This document shows positions 52,801-64,000 of a stretch of DNA of 64,000 nucleotides, one piece after another. Position numbers and translations under genes: made by a program. Source of the DNA: Ophelia neglecta. Taxonomy: Eukaryota. The stretch spans positions 14,632,001 through 14,696,000 of the forward strand of contig OZ260666.1 in the NCBI GenBank assembly GCA_965285935.1. Reading direction: 5' to 3'. The notes beneath the pieces were generated by a model. The model worked only from the letters and a program-made list of their open reading frames with translations, made no database searches and was not told the origin of the DNA. Positions within the stretch are counted from its first letter, which is position 1. Each line of letters begins with the position of its first letter.

Positions 52801-53366
52801 ATGGACAAACACCACTGGGTTCTGCCTCAGAAGAGGGTCAGTTGTTAGCTGTAAAGTATCTCATTGATAAAGGTGCCGATATCAACAGGCCAGGCTGCAG
52901 TGGCAAACCCCCATTACACTGTGCCGCCAGGAACGGGCATATAGCAGTCATACACTATCTTTTAGATAACGGCTGTGATATACACGCTTTAGATGACCTA
53001 AGTCAAGCCCCGCTTGGAGCCGCAGCTGGCAAAGGTTTAGTCGAAATAATGCGAAGTCTCATTGGTAAAGGAGCAAGTGTAAACCACCCTGGAATGTCTG
53101 GTCAACCTCCATTACACTGCGCAGCCGCGAAAGGACAACTAGGGGCGATACACCTTCTCATAGAAAAAGGCGCAGATGTCCACATGAAAAATAAATTTGG
53201 CCAAACGGCAGTGGAAGTTGCTGCCAGTAAAGGTTTTATTCCATGCGTGGAAGGTCTCATTGACAAAGGGGCTGCTGTTCCCCAGCCGGAAGTTGCTAGC
53301 CAGACAGACATACTAACCACTGTTGTGTTATTGGGGGATTGTACTGCTGTTTGGAAGAATCATTAG
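49864..53366 (+). CDS. Gene A2: copy of A1 (Ig-Ig-TM-ankyrin receptor), intact
   Basis: Exons 49864..49930, 50502..50840, 51047..51370, 51548..51810, 52149..52253 and 52392..53366. Splice sites are conserved with A1. Confidence 0.85.
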
Positions 53367-56300
53367 AAGGAAAGGATGTCATATTATGATAATTGTGTGA
53401 ACATCTAACTGAAATGCCTATCCAGGAGAGGACCAATTCCAGGAGGGGACCACTTGAGACTCGAACAACCATCCTATGAAAATAAAGGAATCAATGTGAT
53501 ATGTTTGTGAGGGCTTCAGTATACAATTTTTGGTTCCCTAACCAAATCGGGGGAAGTTTGTTTAGTTAAAAAAAACTAGTACGTTTGTGGAGCCAGTCGC
53601 TAAACGGTTTGCACCGCATTCAATCCCCACTGGCTGATATAAAATCCTTACCACGCCTGTGACCAAAATACAAAAACTTGATTAAATCTTCTAAATTGAC
53701 ATACATATATTAGTATATTAACCTAATATGTTAAGCCTCATGTTGAAGGCAGTTTCCAGAAACACGATTTGAGCATATTTCATATTGTCCAATAAGTACT
53801 CAGACCGCAGGCCGGGGGAATATTATGTGAGGACAAAAGTAAACTGTATAGGCTATACAGGCTTTTTACCCTAGTAAGACGACCATTTTGACAACGATTT
53901 TGTGTGCTCTGTATGCTGGATATCCGCTACCGTCTGTTCTTAATGTTTTAACAACTTTTTTGAAATGGGAATCGATTAGGACTAATCAGGCCAACGACGA
54001 TGATTCTTCCTTTTATTACTTCAGACTGACGAACAGTTATGCCAATGTATAGCTGTGAAAGGCAAAAGGATGTTGTCTTGTAATAATCGGATCAAGTTAT
54101 CTAAAATAAAACATTTCTAGTCACGTACCTTTCAAACTGTTTTTTTTTCCACATCGACATGATTCAATAATCAATTGGAGCATAATGTAAAGTACTAATT
54201 CGTTTTATATATTTTGATCAAGTACAAGCTATGGCGCATAAATAATATGGCCTGCGTTATACAACAATGAAGAGAAACATAATAATATATGTATTCTTTA
54301 TCTTGTGCAGCAGTTCATGTCAAATGGTATGAAGAAGTAAATGGCTGGCCTCATGTAGGATAAGGCACTATGGCATTGATATTATTTTAACCAAATATGC
54401 ACACATACATGGACACAATAGTACAAAGCAAGCAGATAAAACAAAGCCCAAAACTACGCAAACTAACAACGTGAATTAAACCCGCAGTGTGCCATCTGCA
54501 TTTTAGTATCAATTTAAAAAAAAAATCAGTAATAGTTTAATGTCTGTAAGATGTGTTGATTGAGTAGTAACATTTACCACCAAAAGCACACTGCTGTTAT
54601 CATCATATCGTGCCTAGTACAATGCATACTTTACATATTTGTTTCCATGGCCTTCATCTAAATTGACAAAAAAAATTTATACAATTCTGCATATAGCAGA
54701 ACACTTATAATTAGTTTTAATTCATTTTTATTGACGAATGGGTTATTCAGTGGTTATATGTTATGGGTGATACAAGATCATTGCTTAGGTTCAAGGAAAA
54801 ATCATCTTTTTTAGGCGAATTTTACCAGTTTAGATATTGTTGTCTTCTTATGGTATGCGTAATCACAATATACTGCCAACAACTCGCGCACTGTAACGAC
54901 AATACTGAGCAATTAAAATCACAAAAAAACGTAAAAGTAAAATCATTCAATTAAGTTAGGTGGTATGGCTGCTCAGGTGGTATAAGAGCAAGTGGCAGGT
55001 GCTGGAAAATTACACAATATTTCTTACTAATATCCTTGAGCAGTAAAGGATTCTTCGGATGAGTCTATTTTGTTAAACTGAGAGCAGTGCTTTCAATACA
55101 TATGTGAGCACAATCCTTCTACCTCCTATAAGAGCCTCCGTTCACAATCATTTGTCCAACGTCTGGGTATTTTGACCCTCCTAAATTTGTTGGTGTCTGA
55201 AATACCCTAATATTTACTGGATATAAATCTTCCGAACGATGTCCTGCTCGTGAACCAAAAGCCAAGCCCGACAGCCCGATCTGCAGAGGGAACTGCTTAT
55301 TGCCTACTGTCATTACATTGGTAATAGAGCCATAGGCTTGAATAAAGGCTCAAAATGATGCGCCGGCTCTGCTCTTTAATAATAAAATGTAGAAAAGCCC
55401 ATAAAGCAAATAAGTTCGGTTAGAGGGTAAAACTTATTTTGTAGTTGAAATAAAAAGAAGAAAGAAATAAGCCTTTGTTGTGTGTGCAGTTGAACTTTTG
55501 CAGTGACTCAATAAATTGAGTTATTCAAAATGTTTGTTGCAACAGAAGATACGTCTGGGAACCTGGCCCATGTTTTTCATGGCCTCATTCTGCCACACCC
55601 AATATTGTCTTGAAAGCGACAATTTGCAATAACTAAAAAGTCTCAAAACCGGCTCATCTTCGGGCTTCAGATGTTCCTCTCTAGATTTGCCAACATAAGC
55701 TTTTGTTCTGCCATGCCATAATGGCACCAGTCAGATTCTTAAATAGGACACATTGGAGCAATGATTTCATCAAAAAAGTAAACCGCACTCCCCAATACAT
55801 TTAATCCGATATTTAGAGTTTGTCTCCTTAACTTATTTGTTGCTGACAGGAATAATGAGTATATTTTCTCTTCAACGGCGTATATGCTATAAACCTCTAA
55901 TTATTGACAGGCAGTAATATTGAAATATGAAAAAATAATTATGATAAATCAATAATTCCGTTAATCAATGAAAAGTGAAAAGTAATTAAGAAGCTCGAGA
56001 AAGTGCCTAGCTTTAACTGCCAAATCAGTACTAAAATCGGAAATTGTTTTTTTTTCTGATATAATGCCACGTCGTATGAAATAGGATTATGAAACCGATT
56101 ATGAAACCTACTGTGCCCGTAAATGCATCTCCTTAGTAGATACATACAATGCTCGGAAACATATTGTGTGCGTCTAAAACGGACATCAGCATTTTAACAA
56201 ACTTGATGTACGACTCGGAAGAAATATCGTATTGCAAATAATGTGGAAAATACTGGTGTGTTCTTTTGTTTTACTTCCCCTTGTTTAGAACTCCGTATAT

Positions 56301-58316
56301 CGTATATCCTTGTAATTTATATACAACAACGTACAAGGATGTCCAAATCACATATCAAAAGTATGCTGCTAGTGTTAAATATCCACAATCAAATATTTCG
56401 AGCCGTCTCCCCTAAAGTTGAGCAGTTTCCAAAAGAAAACAAGCAGTTACGTAGGTATATTATAAAATAATAGTGCTGAATGTGGAGAATGGCTATTAAC
56501 ATACTACTTACATACAGCCCAAACAGTACTCAACTGCGCTACCCTGCGACATAACAATACTATTACCCTTTCACGAACTAAAAGACCAACCGCTCACTGT
56601 GCACTCAGTAATAAATCTAAAGAATCAGCGCCGCGCTGAATACGGGTTATACCCAGTCCCCATAGCATCACGTTTTACTTTGAATGAACAACATCTACCA
56701 GACTAATACATACCACCCAAGAGCCAAGAAGCTTGCTCGGTATCATCCCGATTTATTAGCTACAGACAATGAATGAAAAACGTTGCATCAAGGTGCTATT
56801 TATTTTATTTTATTAAGGCTTGAAAAATACAAAAGTATCAGTGGGAAAATACTGAGAATATGAAGCGCTAATTAAATCAGTCAAGTAAAATACATAATAT
56901 ATAGTTACAGTCATACAAGCAAACACACATGTACCGGTAGATAATTGGAAAAATACGCAAAAAATGATAAAAAAAAAACGCTGAAATGAATGAATTGATC
57001 ACTCAAGATAACAATAATAATCTGTTTTTTTTTTGATAACTGTTCGAATGGTCTCGAAAAATCATGTGGCAACGCCAAGTCAAGCTACACCACGGTGGAT
57101 TGATATTTTTCTACCATGCTTAATCGCATTTTTTACAAGCGAGGGCGAAAGATTGTAAGAAAAGGTAAAATTTATGAAGTCGTACAGTAATCATTTAATA
57201 AATAAAGTAATTAGTTAAAAAGAAAGAAACATGTAATGGATATAATAAGATATTGTAAGCATATATACTCCATGCATTAATTCATTCATTCATTCAATTA
57301 CCAGCTAAAATAAGCACGTGGTGCTATTACCTTCGCAACGCAGCATAAGCCAGTTTAAACTAAAAGGGATCTACATTTTTTTAGTCTGTACATGCAGTGA
57401 TTCAAAATTTCGGATTGATTTGTTTGTAAATTTAAATTCACTTAACAACTATCATTTATCAATTTTTTTATTTGTAAAAAGGTAAAATTAAATAAGCATA
57501 TATACTCTACATTAATATTGATACAATAATACCGATAATTAACTAAAATGTGCATAGAAATTGAATGTGCTGAAATTACTTTACTAGTTACCTTTCAAAA
57601 TAGACCGCTTACGCTTCAACGGTAATTACAAATTTATTGGTTGGTAATTGTTGTGAGGCATTTTGGGTTGTAATGTCAAAAAACGTCAGCAACTACGTAT
57701 GAACTAAAACGCGAATATAGGGAGTGGATCATTTGCGAAATTAAGTAAATTCAAAGCTAAAAGGTTGTTGAGCATAACTTAACTAACACATTACATAACA
57801 TAGGCGGAGAACAGTAGTATATATGTATATATGTAAAAACTTCAAATACCCATACATAAGCATAGCGCGCACATAATGACATACTTAGCCTTCCTAGTAC
57901 TTCCTACAGACTGGGATGAAATCCAGTTGCAATTCGAAAGGTATTGCAAGCAGGAAAGAAGCGACAATGTAATGCTGTAATATTCCCGAGTCGTTGTATA
58001 ATATACGGAAGCCAAAGATATAAGCTAAGGAGGCAACTTAGTATCGGATACTTTGAACATGAATTGCAGATTAACCATATCCTAACCTTACGCTCAGTGC
58101 ATGCCACAGAGGCAAAAAAACCCCGCAGCTCGCACATTGCCAAATACAGCCATATCACCATACCAAGGTAAATTACCTTACTTTTCTTCCACCAAGCTTC
58201 TAAGCACAGTTTCATGCATGCTTTGGTAATTGTATTTTGGCAATTAAGCCAATGCACAGGCGAAATAGTCTTTCATCTTTCGAGAAGTGATACCCGGTCG
58301 AAAGTTCAACCACTGT

Positions 58317-61300
58317 TTAAGCCAACGTGAATATGGTTTCATTTTTTTCGGTTATTGAAGAATTTGTAAATCCTTCATCGCTGACATCGGGTGAACCTAA
58401 GTAAAATATTTGTAAACAATGCTAAAAGTTAAAAAATTTATTACATTGCTTTCCTAATATAGTACTTATCTTTGAAATATATATTTTTCGTGGATTTATG
58501 TGCCAAAATATCTAATGTATCTAATGAAGAATCGTGTGCCTCTTTAACCAGTTGGTCGTCTGGTTTATATCCGGTCTGATCAATATACACTAAACAATAA
58601 TGTTTTGACAATAATATATGGATATACTTACAAATTATTTCAGGCAAAGCTGCTGTGCTGTTTGACACGTCACTCCTGACTCCAAATTCGTCTGCCAGAG
58701 ACACCAGACACATCAGCGACTCGGTACAATCAATCACAGTGTCATCTATTTGTACGCTTGTTCCGTTTGTCTCTTGTGACTGCTCTCGGGTCTTGGAACC
58801 ATTGGTGATGATCATCAGCGTAAGTTGTAATGGACTAGGCAGCTCCGAAACGCTACAATTAATCTTGTACGTTGTAGTTGGGTACACTGCTTGTACTTCA
58901 ATAACATGTATATCAATCTTCGGCTTAGGAATATCTAAAATAAAAAGGCAATAATTATTGTTTCACTAAAAATGATAGGTCATTGTCATACAAGGACAAC
59001 AACTTGATTACAACAGAGTATGGCAGACTGATTCTGTATAGTTTATCATTGTTGAATGATCGGGCTGAAAACGAATTGTAGTTATACCTACATGGTATTT
59101 CATTTGCTCAGAAAAAACACCTACTAATGAATACGTAACATGGGTAATCAGTATTTACCTTCTGGGGACATAAAGAATGCTTTACTTTGCCCAGACGAAT
59201 ACGGGGAATCAACTTCTGTGCCTTGACAGGAATAATGGGCACTGCTAGCTCTATGCCAATATTCAAGTGGTGCGGGCAAATAGTACTTGCTCCTCTCAGC
59301 CTCCACTTTCACATTGTTTCGGTACCACGAATACTGCATCCGAGGTCGCGCATTTTGTGGCTCGGATGTTGATATAACGTCACATCTCATCTTGAAGCCT
59401 ACTTGTGTTACCTTGGCTCGCTGAGGTTTCCCTAAAAAAAACAGAAAATATATGGCGGTAAATAAAATTAATCTTGTAGTCGGAAACCACCTGCTTTAGG
59501 TTTAGTTTGAATATACAATGGATCAATGAAACAACTTTGTTTAGCAATTTTCGTTCATAAAATACAGCAATAAGCCAATTTGACAATTTACGTTTTAATA
59601 TGGTAACGGATAACCAACTTTTATCAGTCACTAGCATCACAAATAATAATGAAATAATGTTTATAATAATAATAATATATCAATTTGTCACAGTATCAAT
59701 TGATATATCCTACCCCATATGAACACGGTGCCGAGGGTCATAATCTGTCCTGCCTGTTTACATGCGTACTCCCCTGCGTCTTCCATGGTGACATTAAGCA
59801 AGGTGAAGCCAAAAATGGCGGCATCTTTATCAATAAACAATCTAAATATCTTCTTCGTTTCATTTCCGGGGTCGTCAATTGCAGAATTGTGCGTCGAGAA
59901 GTGAAGCAGATGGAACATTGTATGGTTAATATTGTCCTCACATTTCAACGGACGATTGGCGTCCGCGTCGAGGAAATCCCACATCAGGGTGGCATTGTCC
60001 CCGATCTTACTGCGACTGAAGTGGCTTTCTTAAAACAAACGAGTACGAAAATATCAGTATATTCTTGGAAAAACTTCAAAACTCGCATTAGGCCAGCATG
60101 GAAAGACTAAACATTTGCTAATTATTTAAGCGAGCAAACCTAACAGGAAGTTGTTCATACTAAAAAGAAGTAGAGGACATTCGCATGACCCTCTGACCGT
60201 CATAAATCACGACGATGATATTTTAAATTACCGAGCTTTAACCACATTAAAGGTCTTTTCCTCCAATTGGTATAGAAACTTACCCTTGACCTCCACCAAG
60301 TAGGTAAAGTTACGCTCGTCTTGGCTGCACATGTAGCTCCCCGCATCTTGTTTTGTAACGTTCAACAAAACCATTGTAAACGAATCATTGATTGGAACAA
60401 CACTGTACCTCTCATCCATATCTACGGTGCCATAGTCAACGCGTGATTGGGAAACGTTGAAGATATTTTCGCCGATGTTATTGAAACACACGCTGGTATG
60501 GCTTGGATCAGTAGAATCAATTTCCCAATGGATTGAAGCATTTCTGCCAACATATGCCACTAATATGTCAAAATCTGGTTTTTCTGAAAGGTCAATAAGA
60601 TTAAATAATCAGAGTTTCGATATACATTTTAATCAAGCCATGCGCTACTGCATTTTACTGTTCAATAAGATCAAATGTGCGCTTAAGGAGTAGCATAATA
60701 ATCGACGTGAAACGACATGTAATATGCTCTACACATTTGTTTAAATTCCAGAAGCACGCTTTATATGACATTTCTTTTGAAAACATTATGTGTTTATATG
60801 TTCATTATAACATTAGGGGTAATTTCATTCGAGCTATTAAATTATTCAAGTTATGCTGCTATGACAAGAATTTCATTTGTTTGATAATTTGTTGCCAAGA
60901 AAGATGGCGGCCGGCGGATCTACAGCTTTGGCACTATTATCGGCTTTACACTAGAAATGATGATAAATTGAAAATGGGAAACGGCGAGATCCGTCCACAT
61001 TGTGTGCACATGGGGACTTGTGTCAACTAGACCATCGTACATTTCACTCGATAAAACATTGTTGTTGTTAGAAGGCGAACTTATTATTTGAAATTACTGT
61101 CAGGATGCCCACAGAAAAAAAGCTGACTAAATTAACAATATTAATAAACTGTCGGTTCGCTGAATTCTTCAGCCGTGAATATTTACACAAACACGATAGT
61201 AATTATAATTAATGTGGTTTAATTCTGCTACTTTATTAAACTTATCAGCCAGACTTTCAACTTCACTCCGTTAGATCAGTTTGCTCCTCCCCCACGTTCC

Positions 61301-64000
61301 GTTATTGCATTGTCTGAGGCACCCAATTTTTAATTTTTAAAGGATAGAAATTGCAATCTGTTAAGGAGCTATTATGTACTATTTATATCTTTCTATTTAA
61401 TCTGCTAGCATCACAATTAATGCCCAGCGAGGTGAACACAGCGAATCGCCCGAGCCAATTGAGCGCATACGTGTAATAAGGGTAACGGCATGAAATGCAT
61501 GCACTTTAAAAGTTAGAATTGTTCAAGTATTAAAGTGTTTTTTAACCTTACCTGTTACTTGACTGGAGAAGATTGTACTGTAACTGGCTGTTGTTAAAGG
61601 CTTAGCTGTGGTCATCGGATGTTCCCCTTTGGAATGAAACACAAGTATTAGTGGCCGGAAGCACATCACGTTTAACCATTATAGTAGAGTAGTAAAGTAT
61701 TGGACACTACTCTATTATTTGCTATTACAAAGACACCTAACATCATTCATATTTCCAAGCATCTTGACTTGTTCCTTAGATTGCAGCAGCAAACTTTAGC
61801 TTGCCAATTTTTGAGACATCGTTTTCAATATTTTGCCGACTAACATCAGCTGCTCTTATGGACATTCTTTCTATGCCGCTTAAAATTGAAAAAAAAACAT
61901 TGAGCGGAATGCAAAAGAGGGCTACGAACGGACGGGCCCTTTTATTCTAAACTCAATTCCTAACAAAAAGACGCATGAAAAATAATGGGTTTGAACGCCA
62001 ACATTTCTCAGCCATGTTTCTCTGTTGATGTGCAAGGGCAATTTTCTGATAATGGTCGGACTAAATTTAACTTCGACTATTTATAAGCCCAAATAGAAAT
62101 AATTGCATGAAACAATTATTCACGGAATTATACTACTAAATAAAATAATCTCTGGTAATCTCTCTGACAATCCAAAAAGGGAATAAAGTCAATTTGATAT
62201 ACCGTATAAAGCAAAATAGCCATTAGGAGCATGCTGCAAATGGCAAATAGATAAAGTAAACATGTAAAGTATTTTTAAACTTACAACTTAACACCCGAAA
62301 TTCACGTAGTATCCAGGTCAATACTACCACAACTACCACCCCGACGAGCGCTGCCGTAGCGATGTACCTCAGTAATGTCCCGTTGACCCGACAACCTCTC
62401 TTTCCACCTATGATTAGCTTTTCGTATTGGTTTGATGTCCCTTGCGCGTTTAATTCAATGCCTTCAATGCGATCGATAGGGGCTTCTTCCAAAGTTTCCA
62501 AACACACGATGTCAACATCCATGTCTGCATCCTCGATACAGGAATAGATGTGCTCGTCCGCCGAGCTACGGCTGCCGCCATTTGTTGCCCGTATGTTAGA
62601 TTTCTCTCCACGACGGGTGGTCTTGGCTGAGAGGGGCTTTTGTGGTATTTCTGTATATGGATTTCTGTTTGCCCCGCTTTTCCTATGAGGCTTACCGGGA
62701 GATGGTTCAATTCTATTCCCGCGATCGGAAGCATGTAAATGGGGTTTAGGTGCATGCTCAGAATCTGTTGGAGCCAAAGCAGCTATCTGGTGTACTAATG
62801 ATTCCCTCATATCCATTCGATCAGAGACATGAGAGGGTGAACTCTTTTGAACGGAATTTTTATGGCCATTATTTTTGGATTTTCCCTGGCTTCCTAAGTG
62901 AATTTTGACATCTCTCGGGGATGAATCCCTGGCTTTGAAATATTCTTCCTTTTTACCTAAATTTGAACAGTGTGGTTTGGGAGGAACGGCTGATTCGATG
63001 GAAGCCGAATGTGTAGAAATTGCCCAGGGGCGAGTGTCCACGGTTGTAATGTCTCTTTCCGATCCAACTGCGGTACTTTCAAATATCTGGCTAGTCTTGT
63101 TGGGTTCCTTCAGGTCCTGTAATTCGCGGTATGTAGTGGGTGTTTCTAGGATTGATTCCTTTGGGGTAGCCGTTACTTTCCTTTCTGCAATGGGGGAATT
63201 TTCTTGACGCTGACTTGGTACAAAAGTCATCTGAGAGCGAGGCACCTTTGGGAAGTGGAAATAATCCGATCTGTCATCGAGGACGTCATCATTGGCTTTA
63301 ATGTTAGCTGTAGCCCACTCGTCCGTCGTCAGACTGGCCGTGTCGGAGGACCCAGTTGAAGAACCATCCTTCACAGTAGCTATTTCATTGTTATGGCTGT
63401 ATTGGTCCTTTTCAAGCTTTACCCCGGTGTCCTCATGATGGTGAATATTGATTGGAGGAGTATCTCTGGCTTTGAGATAATTCTTGTCCAAATCTGAAGA
63501 CTTTGGCCTGGGACAGCCGGTTGATTCGGGTGGTTTGATGGCGACATGTGCATTAGTTGAATGTTCACCATTGTCATTCACCAAAATCATCTCACTACGA
63601 GGCACGTCGTTGAAATGAAAATAATCCTTTCGAGTGTCCAAAGCCGAACGTCCTTCTCCAGCGCTGCCAGAACTTTTCAGAACCTTTCTTGTTGGAATAG
63701 AACCCTTGAGACCTTGACCTTTTCCACTGATCGTGTGTTTTTCTATGATGGGTTCATTTTGCTTAGCACCACTGCCTGCTTGTTTATTCCTAATTTCAAT
63801 ATTAGGCTTTTCTGTACCTGGCGCTTGTACCAGAGTCATCTGACTGCGGGGTACATGAGGGAAATGGAAATAATCAGACCTTTCATCTGGGAAGCCATCC
63901 TCGGGTCCAATGTTAGCCGCAGAGCCGCGGTCCGTCGTCAAGCTGCCCGTGTCTGAAGACCCAGTTGAGGAGCTATTGTCCACATCGGCTATTACCAGGT
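58317..64000 (-). CDS. Gene D2: copy of D1 with an intact 4-Ig ectodomain; 5' end lies outside the window
   Basis: Exons complement(>64000..62285, 61626..61552, 60583..60284, 60028..59714, 59431..59159, 58934..58632, 58396..58317). Ig3 is open: KMRCDV...YSWYRN...HYSCQG. Confidence 0.8.

Larger units (their letters stand above)
38391..64000. repeat. Copy 2 of the large direct duplication (runs past the window end)
   Basis: Colinear with 1-24308. Copy-specific inserts at ~41191-42160, ~43775-43935, 45181-45408 and ~55105-55545. Confidence 0.97.

Noticed and set aside
57904-58257. Hydrophobic 117-aa ORF as a C-terminal TM exon of D
   Set aside because: It lies after the stop shared by both copies, is broken by an indel and stops in copy 1, and has no clear in-phase acceptor. 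A decayed exon cannot be fully excluded.
1-64000. CRISPR arrays, operons, rRNA, intact transposase or reverse transcriptase, RAG-type recombination signals
   Set aside because: None seen by eye. There are no regularly spaced short repeats or long transposon ORFs, and the Ig exons have ordinary splice sites with no evident heptamer-nonamer signals.

Overview
AT-rich animal (most likely invertebrate) genomic DNA with GT-AG introns; it is not prokaryotic. The ORF-track fragments join with consistent exon phases into an array of strictly alternating immunoglobulin-superfamily receptor genes of two unusual architectures. (i) Plus-strand type I receptors: signal peptide, non-canonical V-like Ig, Cys-rich Ig-like domain, TM, then a cytoplasmic 9-repeat ankyrin domain (genes A1, A2, C, plus the tail of another C copy at the window start). 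(ii) Minus-strand apparent type II receptors: a long low-complexity N-terminal cytoplasmic tail with Tyr and Ser/Thr motifs, one TM, a stalk, then C-terminal Ig domains (genes B1, B2, D1, D2). They lie head-to-head as B/A and D/C pairs, with NF-kB-like sites in the spacers. Positions 1-24308 recur at 38391-64000 across a 208-N gap, so the two blocks are either a tandem duplication or uncollapsed haplotypes. Between the blocks the ankyrin receptor A is almost invariant, while the type II Ig domains carry short, dense non-synonymous patches and premature stops. The best candidate for an undescribed system is a paired type II Ig sensor / type I Ig-ankyrin transducer immune or allorecognition cluster under birth-and-death evolution; this functional reading is inference. 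All gene models were built by eye and lack transcript support.
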